A stretch of 64,000 bases of DNA from a virus. The notes under the pieces were generated by a model, which worked only from the letters and a program-made list of their open reading frames with translations, had not been told where the DNA came from and made no database searches. The stretch is from the IMG/VR virus record IMGVR_UViG_3300023242_000001, positions 12,296 to 76,295 of that record; one strand, written 5' to 3'. Positions 28,782-37,733 of this stretch are shown piece after piece (the stretch's first letter is position 1; every line of letters starts with the position of its first letter). Position numbers and translations under genes: made by a program.

Positions 28782-29111
28782 ATGAACCAAGACATTTACA
28801 CCACGCAAGAGCTTGCCGAGTTGCTCGGCTGCGCCACCACCACGATCGAGGAGCGCGCCCGCACAGGCGAACTGCCCGGCCTGAAGTTCGGGGACGGTGG
28901 CTGGGTCTTCCCCAGACTTGCCACCGTCGATGCGCTGAACGAGCGAGCCCGCATTGAGGCGGCGTTTCGCGCAGACGCGGCATCGAGCAGCCCTCGCCCG
29001 GTGCGGCTCGGTGGCCGCCCGGTGCTTGACCGCCCCGCCACAGCGCTCACCGAAGAAGTGGTCGCGCGTTTCTCTCGCTCACGGCCTCCGGTCCTCTGGA
29101 GCCAATCATGA
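28782..29111 (+). CDS. Excisionase-like (MerR-type HTH) protein
   Basis: YTTQELAELLG...ARTGELPGLKFG..WVF; close to the integrase. Confidence 0.75.
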   Translation: MNQDIYTTQELAELLGCATTTIEERARTGELPGLKFGDGGWVFPRLATVDALNERARIEAAFRADAASSSPRPVRLGGRPVLDRPATALTEEVVARFSRSRPPVLWSQS

Positions 29112-29437
29112 GCGCGCCATTGGTTGAGGTCCGCGTGGGCGATCTGGTCGCCGCCATGCAGGCAAAGGCGGATCAGCTCGACAAGGAGTTTCGCGACGCC
29201 TGCGCGGCCGACGGGGTCGCGTGCCGCCGGCTGCGCAGGCTCGGCGCCATGTGGGCCAAGCTCACAGGCACCTGGCCCAACACCCACCGGGCGGTGGACG
29301 ATCGCATCGGCCTGCTGCTGGACGACCTGACCGAGTGGCAGCTGGTGTCCTTGTTGATGGGCCCCTGCGCCCGGGCCCAGGTTTCTCGCGCGCTGGTGGT
29401 TGAGCTGACAGAGCACTGGCCGGTGTCGCTGCCATGA
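29108..29437 (+). CDS. Hypothetical protein
   Basis: ATGA overlap. Confidence 0.5.
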   Translation: MSAPLVEVRVGDLVAAMQAKADQLDKEFRDACAADGVACRRLRRLGAMWAKLTGTWPNTHRAVDDRIGLLLDDLTEWQLVSLLMGPCARAQVSRALVVELTEHWPVSLP

Positions 29438-29676
29438 AGTGGAGCTGCAGACCCCCGACAGGGCCCCAGCCATGGGTCAAGTGGTTCGCCTGGCACCCTG
29501 TAGACCAAGTGGCGCCCGGCGACAGAAATGATTGGGTCTGGCTGGAGTGGGTGGAGCGCCGAATGTACTACCCGTTCGAGAGCACGACCTCCTGGGCCTC
29601 ATTTGTTTACCGCCGGCTGCCTGCAGTCACCGAGGCATCGCCGAGGCCAGCCGAGCGACAAGGTCCTCGCCCCTGA
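29434..29676 (+). CDS. Trp-rich hypothetical protein
   Basis: WFAWHPV...WLEWVERR, a common small phage protein pattern. Confidence 0.55.
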   Translation: MKWSCRPPTGPQPWVKWFAWHPVDQVAPGDRNDWVWLEWVERRMYYPFESTTSWASFVYRRLPAVTEASPRPAERQGPRP

Positions 29677-30763
29677 TCGAGGCGTAGCGCATAGCCATCC
29701 CCAGGTTGGCCCACCCCATGATCCTGCAGGTCTCGACGTCGCTGAACACCCAGCGCCCGTCGGGGCCTCGCAGCTCAAACCAGCGGCACGCTGCCTCGTG
29801 CCTCAGATCGTGCTCGGTGAAATCCTTCACCCCGGCATAGTCGAACAGCGTCGAGAACCTCGATGACAGATTCGACGTGGCCTTGCGCCGGCCCTCGGCG
29901 CTCCCGTCCCAGTACGGGAACAGCAGGCCCACCCTCCCATCACACCAGACAACGAGCCGCGCGCGCAGTGCCGGCTTTAGCGGCACCACTCGCGGCTTCG
30001 CGGCACCCCGCCAACCCTTGGAACCAGAGACCCGCAGCACGCCAGCGACAAGGTCCACATCCCGCACATCCATCCGGTAGGCCTCGAACAGGCGCAGGCC
30101 GGTGTCGACGATCAGGTCGAACAGCAGCTCGAAGGCCGGGTCCACGGCCAGCGCGCGCTCGCGCCCCTGCGCCTTGCTCCCCGACAACGCCAACTTCACC
30201 GCCGACTCCTCGGCCGCCAGCAGGCGCCGGTCCCGCGCCACATCGACCCTGGCCACCGGCGCGTCGCGCGCGCCGTAGGCGCTGTAGCCACGGGGCAGCA
30301 ACCGAAACGGGTTCACCTGGTCGCGCCCGGTCGTGCGCCGGTGGTGCCAGTCCACCACGCGCGCCAGCGCGCCGACTCGTTTCCTGATGCTGCCGGGGGC
30401 AAGGTTGGCGTCGGCCTTCATGCCCTTCACCCACGCCTCGACCCATGCGTAAGTCGCATCGGCCAGGCTCATCTGGCCAAGCTCCTTGCGCACCGTGGGC
30501 AGCAGGTCGATATCGGACTGGCTGGGCGTGGCGTGGGTGATGTAGCCGTCGATGACCTTGACCAGCTTCGCGCTCATTGCCGGGCGCGCGGTGTCCTGCG
30601 CCATCTCCAGCGGCACGACGCCGCGCGCGAGCATGCCCTCCAGCTGCACACCGTAGGCATGCGCTTCGTCGTGCGTGTCGAACGTCCAGAAAAAAGGCTT
30701 GGGCAGCAGGGCGTGCTTGACGCGCAGCTGGAACCTGCCGGCTCGCGGCTGAATGCTGGCCAT
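29627..30763 (-). CDS. int: Tyrosine integrase
   Basis: Catalytic residues in TGLR, GSKG, HDLRH, MGW and MRY. Confidence 0.92.
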   Translation of the reverse strand: MASIQPRAGRFQLRVKHALLPKPFFWTFDTHDEAHAYGVQLEGMLARGVVPLEMAQDTARPAMSAKLVKVIDGYITHATPSQSDIDLLPTVRKELGQMSLADATYAWVEAWVKGMKADANLAPGSIRKRVGALARVVDWHHRRTTGRDQVNPFRLLPRGYSAYGARDAPVARVDVARDRRLLAAEESAVKLALSGSKAQGRERALAVDPAFELLFDLIVDTGLRLFEAYRMDVRDVDLVAGVLRVSGSKGWRGAAKPRVVPLKPALRARLVVWCDGRVGLLFPYWDGSAEGRRKATSNLSSRFSTLFDYAGVKDFTEHDLRHEAACRWFELRGPDGRWVFSDVETCRIMGWANLGMAMRYASIRGEDLVARLASAMPR

Positions 30764-30987
30764 GTCGGGCTCCTTGAGTGGGGTCCGATCGTACCCGAGC
30801 CGACGGACTCACAAAAAGTTACACAGAGCGGTGCCGACTCGCACCGACTTCTGGCATCTCCGCAGCGACTCCTGGCGAGCTTTGGCTCCCTGGGCTAGGT
30901 TCGCTCTGGCTCAGGGTCTTTACCAGTGGCAATTTGTCTGCAAGTCTGGTTCTCCACAAACGCCCCTCAAGAGGCATAGGAACCACA

Positions 30988-31602
30988 ATGAAAACAGAGC
31001 AGGCCACGCCCGGCGAGCTAGCTGCGGCATTCCACTACAACCCCAGGACGGGCGTGATCACGAGGACTACAGGGGAGCGCAGGGGGCGCCCGGTGGGGTT
31101 TAAGAGCCCAAGAGGCTACCTAATTATCAAGTTCCAGGGCAAAGCCTACAGGCACCACCGCGTCGCCTGGGCGCTGGCACATGGCGATTGGCCAGTGCAT
31201 GAGATCGACCACATCAATGGTGTCAAGTCCGATAACCGCCTGATCAACCTGCGCGATGCCACACCGGCGGCCAACAGCCAGAACAAGCGTGAAGCCTACC
31301 GCAACAGCCGCACCGGATCCCAGGGCGTGACCTTGATGGGTTACGGCGCCTTTCTCTCCCGCATCTTCCGAAACGGGAAGCGCATCTACATCGGCGTCTT
31401 CGACACGCAGGAAGAAGCCGCAGCAGCCTACAGGGCCAAAAAGCTGGAACTGGATGGGCCAGACCCAACTGACCTTGACGGATCGGTGGGTCCGTCGAGC
31501 GGTAGCATGCTACCGTCTGGTACCGATTTGTGGCCTATTCCTAGCGAACTTTGGGGAATCAGCGAATCACCGCCAACTCCCCAACTCTCACTACATCCTT
31601 GA
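30988..31602 (+). CDS. HNH endonuclease with AP2 domain
   Basis: HRVAW, IDHINGVKSDNRLINLR and YIGVFDTQEEAAAAY; the C-terminal tail reads into the attP arm. Confidence 0.85.
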   Translation: MKTEQATPGELAAAFHYNPRTGVITRTTGERRGRPVGFKSPRGYLIIKFQGKAYRHHRVAWALAHGDWPVHEIDHINGVKSDNRLINLRDATPAANSQNKREAYRNSRTGSQGVTLMGYGAFLSRIFRNGKRIYIGVFDTQEEAAAAYRAKKLELDGPDPTDLDGSVGPSSGSMLPSGTDLWPIPSELWGISESPPTPQLSLHP

Positions 31603-31617
31603 TTTACAAGGGAATTT

Positions 31618-31667
31618 TGGAGGCGCGACCCGGAGTCGAACCGGGCTAAAACGGATTTGCAATCCGT
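31618..31667 (-). other. attP core: 3' half of tRNA-Cys(GCA)
   Basis: Minus strand ACGGATTGCAAATCCGT...CCCGGTTCGACTCCGGG-TCGCGCCTCCA gives the anticodon arm, T arm and CCA end; no 5' half is present. Confidence 0.85.
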
Positions 31668-31746
31668 CGAGTCCAGTTGCAGCCCAGTAACGGCGCGGGT
31701 TCCAGCGGGTCGAGCCCCCTGCTACCGATGCGCTACTTTGGAGACG

Positions 31747-32184
31747 TCAAATCAGCGCCGGAATCAGCCCGGTGTCTTGCTTGACTTTGGGCAGCAGCGC
31801 CGCCAAGGCGGCAAGCTGAGCAGCCTGTTCCGGGGTGAGTCCACCGCCACCTCCCCCTCCCGAACCTGCAACCGTCGCAAACGCAGCAGATGTGGTCCGG
31901 TCCACAAACACCCCGGCGGCTGGCACGATGGCTGCGCCGATGTTTCCCGTCACCGTGTAGTTGCCAGCGTTGGGGAAACTGAGCCGGTAGCCGTTGATGT
32001 AATCGACCGCAGGGAAGAACGCACCGCCCCCCAGAGTCATGACCTTGTACGTGATGATCGGCGGGTACAAGATGCCCTCCGCGCTTTCCTCAAAATCGCG
32101 CAGGGTGGTAGCGTGGGCAACAATGTCGCCGATGCTGACCGTGGACAGCACCAGCCGGTTTTGCCAGTCGATGGAGATTGTCAT
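31747..32184 (-). CDS. Hypothetical virion-associated protein
   Basis: Last gene of the late arm; beta-rich, with a Gly linker. Confidence 0.6.
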   Translation of the reverse strand: MTISIDWQNRLVLSTVSIGDIVAHATTLRDFEESAEGILYPPIITYKVMTLGGGAFFPAVDYINGYRLSFPNAGNYTVTGNIGAAIVPAAGVFVDRTTSAAFATVAGSGGGGGGGLTPEQAAQLAALAALLPKVKQDTGLIPALI

Positions 32185-33617
32185 TACTCGTCGGCGGTGG
32201 CAATGGCGTTGGTGCCATTGGTTGCGCTGGACCCAGCGGTGAAGGTTGTCTCGAAAGGCTGGAGAGAGCCCCCGGTGCCGCCCTTGCGGACCTTGAGTCG
32301 CGCCGTGAAATCACTCAAGTAGGTGTAGCTCGCCGAACTCTCGGTAGCGTTGGTCACCACTTTGTCGAGGAACGGCACCCAGGCCGGAGAAGCGGCGGCA
32401 TGGACTTGCCCCCAGGTGCCGCTGATCGTGAAGGTGCGGGTCGCCACGTTCACGGCGGTGTACTCGTAGGGGATGCTGTTGACGCGGATGTAGCCGGTCG
32501 GCGGGGTGTCGGCCTTGACCGCTTGGGTGATCACGCATGTGTTGCCGCCAGCGGTTGTCGCGGCGCTCAGCGTGTATTCGTTTGTCAGAAAGCCAGTCCC
32601 CAAGTTGCGCCCGACCAGCACCCGAGCGCCGATCGTGAGGCCTCCGATGCTGATGCCAGCCACCACGGGGTTGGTGACGGTGGTGCCATCATGCGAGACC
32701 ATCTGATACCGCTGGAGGTCTGCCGCGCTGGCCCCCGCGACGTACCAGCCTTGCGCGACAAACCACTTCCCACCGGCAACGACGCCAAACGGCGCGGCCC
32801 CGTTGGGCGTGTACGCAGCTTCCAGCGCACGGTAGCGCCAGCCGGGGGTGCCGTTGATGGTGATGACGCTGGCCTCGTCGCAGATGGCTTGGCAATACTG
32901 CGCAACCTCGGCAATCGTGCGCCCGCCGGAGAGCGTGATGGTGCCTTTGTAGAGCTTCGAGCCGCTGCCATCTCCCGTGTCCTGGTTCGTGTCGCCCGTG
33001 GCGATCGTGACCCCCGTCAAAGCCAGGGCGTCCGCAAGACTCAGCGTGGTCCAGTCGGCGGTGGTCTGGGTCGAGATGGCCGCTGGCTGCTCGCCGCCAG
33101 CCACAAGGTTGGCGGCAAAGTCGCCATAGGTCTGGCCAAATTTGCGCGAGAACACCCGCACGTCCCCACTGTCGATCACGGCGGCCGCCTCTCTGCCCTT
33201 CACCATGATCTGAATGTGCCCGTCTGGCCAGTAGGTCGTGAGCTTGGCGTTGTTCTGCACCACGTACATCGGAGACGCGGCCACCAGCGGAGAGCCGATG
33301 GTCTTCAGCCCGGTGTAGAGCGTGTCGGTGCCGGCCTGCTGGATCGAGCCGAAGTTGATGAACCGCGCCGCTGTGTCGTCGATGTTGTAGCCGTTCAGCA
33401 GGTTGAGCAGCATGGGCTTGATGGCCGAGCGCGGGCCGTCCAGCTTGGACGGGTTGGCCGTCAAGATGCTGAGGTTGTCGCCAGACGTGGAGACGCTGGC
33501 GTCGTCGGCCAGGTCTTGCAGCCACTCGTGGATTGCCAGGACGGAGTACACCGTCGTGCCAGAGGTGTGGCGAATGTCGCCGTTGAGCGCTACCGAGAAG
33601 TCGTCGCCGATGGCCAT
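32184..33617 (-). CDS. Putative virion structural protein (477 aa, beta-rich)
   Basis: T/G/A-rich; AAGGA SD; late arm. Confidence 0.65.
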   Translation of the reverse strand: MAIGDDFSVALNGDIRHTSGTTVYSVLAIHEWLQDLADDASVSTSGDNLSILTANPSKLDGPRSAIKPMLLNLLNGYNIDDTAARFINFGSIQQAGTDTLYTGLKTIGSPLVAASPMYVVQNNAKLTTYWPDGHIQIMVKGREAAAVIDSGDVRVFSRKFGQTYGDFAANLVAGGEQPAAISTQTTADWTTLSLADALALTGVTIATGDTNQDTGDGSGSKLYKGTITLSGGRTIAEVAQYCQAICDEASVITINGTPGWRYRALEAAYTPNGAAPFGVVAGGKWFVAQGWYVAGASAADLQRYQMVSHDGTTVTNPVVAGISIGGLTIGARVLVGRNLGTGFLTNEYTLSAATTAGGNTCVITQAVKADTPPTGYIRVNSIPYEYTAVNVATRTFTISGTWGQVHAAASPAWVPFLDKVVTNATESSASYTYLSDFTARLKVRKGGTGGSLQPFETTFTAGSSATNGTNAIATADE

Positions 33618-33628
33618 GGTGTTCGTCC

Positions 33629-36385
33629 TTATTGATCGAGTTGTTGCAGCGCCACGGCACTGACGGTGGCGTCGGCCACGGGTGTGATCTGAGTTTGCCA
33701 GGGGATGTAGAACGGCGCCGCGCTGGCCTTTCTGGCTTCGATGGACAGCGGGACAATTTGATCTGTGGAGAACAGCACGGTGCCTCCCACCTCGGCCTGA
33801 TTGGCCACCACCAAGCCGTCAGAGATGCGCTTGGCCACGACGCGCGAGCCTGCAACCAGCCCGCTGATCGACACCGTGCCGGTGTCGAGCGGGTACAGGT
33901 TGCCCACCTGGGCGGCCAGCGTCGATGTCGTGTCGCAGCGCACGTATGTGATCAGGTTCGCGTTGTTCGCGGTCACGCAGGTGATGCGGAATTTGAGCTT
34001 GTAGCCCACGCTTGGCAGGATGGTCTCAGCAGAGAGGTTCGCGGCGTTGAGCGTCTGCCAAGCGCCGTAACCTGAGCCGGTGTCAAGCTGGTACTCGAAC
34101 AGGTGGTTGCCTGTGTTGGTGCCGGTGATGGTGGGCGCGATGTTGGCAAAACCGGTGGTCTGGAGCCTGCTCTCCTGCATCTCGCAAATGAAGAAGTCGT
34201 CAACCGTGGCGAGCGACAAGCCACCAGCAGAGGTGAAGCCCGAACCTGCGGAGAACAGGCGACTGGTGAATTGCAGGGTCTCGGCGGTGGGCTCGTTCAG
34301 CGCCAGCCACATGCGCCCCGTGGTGTCGGAATCAAAGGCCCCGCCGAAGTGGGTGCCGTAGACCGAGGCTTGCCCGGCGACGCCGTTACGCCCGCCGCCG
34401 CCACGCACAAGACAGTTCAGCGCGGCCACGTTCATCAGGTCGGTGAAGTCGCCGTAAACGTCCTCCAGCAGAATGTTCTTGGACGAGTTGGTCAACAGGT
34501 GCGCGCCAGTGCGGGTCGGCTGCATGTAGCACCGCTGCACCTTCACATCGACGTTGTTGCCGCCGTCGGAGTAGATGCAGTTCGAGAAGTTGGCAGAGCC
34601 GCCGTCGAGGATCGCGTCACGCGCTCCCAGGTTGCGGATTTTGATGTTCGATGAGGCCGCGCAAGAGACCAAGCCGTTGTAGGGGTGCGCGTTGGCGATC
34701 GCGCCCTTGAACCCAAAGCTGGTGCCGTCAATCACAACCCCCACGCAACTGTTGCTGATGGTGAAGGTGAACAGGCCAGTGGTCGCGTTGGTCGCGCCGA
34801 CATAACGGTCGCAGTGGTCGTAGCGCAGGAAGTTGATGTTGAACGACGTGTTGATGTTGTTCGTTGCGTTCAGAGCGCCGCAATCAGCCACCGTGATGTC
34901 CGAGCTTTGGCTGATGGCAATGGCATATCTGGTTGCTGAGCGGGCATAGGTCCACACGCCGAAACGGCAAGCAGAAAAGGTTTGCCCGATGCAGAAATTG
35001 ACGTTGACCTGACTGAGGGCGTTTGCAAACCCGGCCCCGATCCATGAGTAGATTTCACCACCCGAGAAACAGGAGGTCAGGGTGAGGTTGGCAGAGCTGA
35101 GGCCCGCGCTGGTGCCCGTGCCACCGTCGCTCAATTCCAATGGCGACGCGCACTCGGAAATCGCAATGCTGTCGTGGGTTGCAACGTGGCGCAGATACAC
35201 CCCAAACGGCTGGCTGAACGACAGGAACCAGTCGCCAAAGGTGAACTCCATGTCGATCACGCCTGCGTTCGTGGTCGTGAAGTCGGGTCGCGTGGCCAAT
35301 GTTGGGTGCGGGATGGCGTTGGTCGCCCGCGCGCCGGTGGTGCATTGGCGCAGCAGCACGTTCGGGATTCTGATCTTGCGTGCCGCAGCAGGCACAAAGC
35401 CCACCGCTGTGGTGCCGTTGTGCCCGATGGTGATGGACGCATCGGTGTTCATCAGCACGACTTTGCTTCGGACATCTGTGCCGAAGTTGGTGGTGGTCAT
35501 CCCAGCGGCGTAGAGGGCCGAGTAGAAGTCGTAAGACTCGATGTTGCAGTCGCCGCCCGCGCCCGAGCCGGGCAGGAACACCGTGAAGGCGTCAGCCGTC
35601 ACCGACCGAATGCGGTAGGTGTGGTGCTCCGTGTCCTGCGCGCCGCCAGTGGTGAAGTTCAGGTCTACCTCATTGCCGACCACAAACACATGTGCCGGGA
35701 AGGCCACGGTCACGACCCCGGCGGCCCAGGTGTAGGTGGCTGCGCCGCCTGTGCCGTCTTGAATCCAGACACCAGGGCTGTACCCCGTCGTGCTGCCCAT
35801 GTTCGGGATCAGCACGTTCTGGTTTGCCGAGCCCGTGGTGTTCGCCAGATAGAACCAGTCGCCGCGTGTCTTGAATCTGCCAAGCCTGGGGATGTTGAAG
35901 TTCGCCAACTGCTGCGCCACTACTTCGACCCAGCCGGTCACATCAGGGCTTGCAGCGGTGGCCCCGATGCCGGTGAGTGCGCCAGCGGTGAACGGGCCGC
36001 CTGTGACTTCGCGGAACTTGAGGTAGCCGGTCGCAGGCATGGCAGCGCCCACCGCAGAGGGTGCGCCGTTGACGGTCGCCCAGACGCCAAGCAGGTAAGC
36101 GCTGACAGCCCCTCTTGTGACTGTGGTGCCGATGGCGGGCACGTTGCCGCTACCACTTGTGTAAGGCATCCAGCGAACCGCTGTTGCGTCAACAAAAAAC
36201 TCACCACCCAGAGTGGACGATATTACTGAGTTGCCGCCCAAACACCCTGTCAGGGCGGCTGGTGCGTTTGCGTGCCAGCGTGTGTCTGTGCGGATCGTGA
36301 GCGAGCCGCCGTTTAGAGTCATGGTCTCGCCCGCTGTGCGGGCTATGCCGCCGTCGAGGAATTCCGGTGTGGTGATTACTGCCAT
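33629..36385 (-). CDS. Putative tail spike / receptor-binding protein with a beta-helix-like region
   Basis: 918 aa; central Asn/Cys-rich repeating beta pattern (SSDITVADC, SSNIKIRN, SKNILLED). Confidence 0.6.
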   Translation of the reverse strand: MAVITTPEFLDGGIARTAGETMTLNGGSLTIRTDTRWHANAPAALTGCLGGNSVISSTLGGEFFVDATAVRWMPYTSGSGNVPAIGTTVTRGAVSAYLLGVWATVNGAPSAVGAAMPATGYLKFREVTGGPFTAGALTGIGATAASPDVTGWVEVVAQQLANFNIPRLGRFKTRGDWFYLANTTGSANQNVLIPNMGSTTGYSPGVWIQDGTGGAATYTWAAGVVTVAFPAHVFVVGNEVDLNFTTGGAQDTEHHTYRIRSVTADAFTVFLPGSGAGGDCNIESYDFYSALYAAGMTTTNFGTDVRSKVVLMNTDASITIGHNGTTAVGFVPAAARKIRIPNVLLRQCTTGARATNAIPHPTLATRPDFTTTNAGVIDMEFTFGDWFLSFSQPFGVYLRHVATHDSIAISECASPLELSDGGTGTSAGLSSANLTLTSCFSGGEIYSWIGAGFANALSQVNVNFCIGQTFSACRFGVWTYARSATRYAIAISQSSDITVADCGALNATNNINTSFNINFLRYDHCDRYVGATNATTGLFTFTISNSCVGVVIDGTSFGFKGAIANAHPYNGLVSCAASSNIKIRNLGARDAILDGGSANFSNCIYSDGGNNVDVKVQRCYMQPTRTGAHLLTNSSKNILLEDVYGDFTDLMNVAALNCLVRGGGGRNGVAGQASVYGTHFGGAFDSDTTGRMWLALNEPTAETLQFTSRLFSAGSGFTSAGGLSLATVDDFFICEMQESRLQTTGFANIAPTITGTNTGNHLFEYQLDTGSGYGAWQTLNAANLSAETILPSVGYKLKFRITCVTANNANLITYVRCDTTSTLAAQVGNLYPLDTGTVSISGLVAGSRVVAKRISDGLVVANQAEVGGTVLFSTDQIVPLSIEARKASAAPFYIPWQTQITPVADATVSAVALQQLDQ

Positions 36386-36386
36386 G

Positions 36387-36818
36387 TCAGATCACCGACT
36401 CGGTTATCCCGGCAAGGGTGCCGTCGGGGTTGTACGCAAGGTCTGCGCGCTGTGTGAGCTGGCCCGGTGTGAGGCGGTCCACGCGGGTGAGCTGCTCGCC
36501 GGTGTAGGTCATGGTCTTGCTGCTGCCATCGGCGTAGGTGACGGCGGCGAGCTTGCCTGCGGCCCAGGTGAGCGTGCGGGTGGTGGGCGGTGTGGCGGTG
36601 CCTGAGCCGGTACCGGGTGGGCCAATGAGCACAGGCAGCAGTGCGGCGTCCAAAGCTTGGGGCTGGCGCAACACAAGGTTGATCGCCGGGCGCTCGGCGA
36701 GCAGGGTCACGTCGAGCGTGCCCTGCCCCGAAAAGGCCAGGGCCAGGGGTGGTGTCGCGGCGGCCAGCGACACAGCCAGCGCGGGCACCTGCACAAGGGT
36801 CAGGCGGAGCTCTGTCAC
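36387..36818 (-). CDS. Hypothetical protein with YD-like beta hairpins
   Basis: VTYADG, MTYTGEQLT and LAYNPDGTL. Confidence 0.55.
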   Translation of the reverse strand: MTELRLTLVQVPALAVSLAAATPPLALAFSGQGTLDVTLLAERPAINLVLRQPQALDAALLPVLIGPPGTGSGTATPPTTRTLTWAAGKLAAVTYADGSSKTMTYTGEQLTRVDRLTPGQLTQRADLAYNPDGTLAGITESVI

Positions 36819-37135
36819 TGCGTCACGTCCTGAACAACGGGCACGCGCGCGGTTGTGGTGCTCATCACTTCGCCGTCTGACGTGCGGGTGAACCGCACAT
36901 CGATCTCAAGCTCCCCGGGCGCCCACCCCGAGGTGTTGGCCACCCGCACCTTCAGGTTGCGGGTCGTGAGCGGGTTGAGCCACTCGCAGGTGGCCTCGGA
37001 AACGAGGGCGCCAGCCAAATTGCGCAGCTGCGACCTGACCACCCAGCCAACAAAGAAGCCATCCCCGTACTCAGGGGGGATGGCGAGGAGTCGGGAAAAC
37101 GTGTCACCGACTTTGTGGCCCGGTTTGAGGCTCAT
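36815..37135 (-). CDS. Small Ig/BppU-like structural adaptor
   Basis: KVGDTF...VRSQLR...IDVRFT...STTT pattern; GAGGA SD. Confidence 0.55.
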   Translation of the reverse strand: MSLKPGHKVGDTFSRLLAIPPEYGDGFFVGWVVRSQLRNLAGALVSEATCEWLNPLTTRNLKVRVANTSGWAPGELEIDVRFTRTSDGEVMSTTTARVPVVQDVTQ

Positions 37136-37733
37136 GTCGTTCCTCTTCAGGGTTCAGTTGAGACGCCCCATACTGCCCAGGGCCCGCCTTGTTTGGGAAT
37201 CCCCCGTTGATCAGCGCGCGGGCGTTGTCGAAGTCGCGCTCGCAGGAGAGCCCATGGGTACGGGCGTAGTCAGCAACTGCTGCCAGTTTTTCTGCTCGGT
37301 CAGAAGCGAGTCCAAGCACGTCGGCCAACAGACCGATGGCGTCAGGCCCTGGCGTGACTGCATACTGAGTGCCGGCATCTGGACAGGCTTCACGGGCGCG
37401 GGTGGCAGCGGCGCGCGCGGCGTCGCGCAGCCGGCCAGACTCCACACCAGCACGAGCAGCAGCAGCTGCATTCGCGTCAAGAAGGGCCTGGGTGGTGGTG
37501 GCATTTTCTGATTTGGCATTTTCAAGGTCCTTCTCGGTTTGGCGGTTGGATTGTTCTTGTGCAAGGGTTGCGGCGGCGGCGGCGGTGAGGCTCTGTTCGT
37601 AGGCCGCGGCGGCCCGGGCGTACGCGGCGCGCTCGTTGGCCAGGCTGATCTGGGTCCAGGCGGAGAAGACGGACAGCGCCACGATCGCAGCGGCGTAAAC
37701 CCAGCTGGGCACGAGGTCGAAGATCCTGGTCAT
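37104..37733 (-). CDS. i-spanin (Rz-like)
   Basis: N-terminal TM followed by an Ala-rich coiled coil; downstream of the endolysin. Confidence 0.75.
   Translation of the reverse strand: MTRIFDLVPSWVYAAAIVALSVFSAWTQISLANERAAYARAAAAYEQSLTAAAAATLAQEQSNRQTEKDLENAKSENATTTQALLDANAAAAARAGVESGRLRDAARAAATRAREACPDAGTQYAVTPGPDAIGLLADVLGLASDRAEKLAAVADYARTHGLSCERDFDNARALINGGFPNKAGPGQYGASQLNPEEERHEPQTGPQSR
37169..37204 (-). promoter_or_regulatory. Late-promoter motif upstream of the second structural module
   Basis: GGGGATTC-N22-AGTATG. Confidence 0.7.
37211..37519 (-). CDS. o-spanin (Rz1-like lipoprotein) embedded in the i-spanin gene
   Basis: LLLLVLVWSLAGC lipobox; Pro-rich; alternative frame. The start may lie further downstream. 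Confidence 0.75.
   Translation of the reverse strand: MPNQKMPPPPRPFLTRMQLLLLVLVWSLAGCATPRAPLPPAPVKPVQMPALSMQSRQGLTPSVCWPTCLDSLLTEQKNWQQLLTTPVPMGSPASATSTTPAR

Noticed and set aside
29627-30763. Shufflon/Rci-type invertase acting on tail-fibre genes
   Set aside because: HDLRHE resembles that family, but no inverted cassettes or sfx-like repeats were seen, and xis plus the tRNA attP explain the gene.
31618-31700. Functional tRNA-Cys gene
   Set aside because: The 5' acceptor strand (GGCGCGA) and D arm are missing, so it is interpreted as attP.
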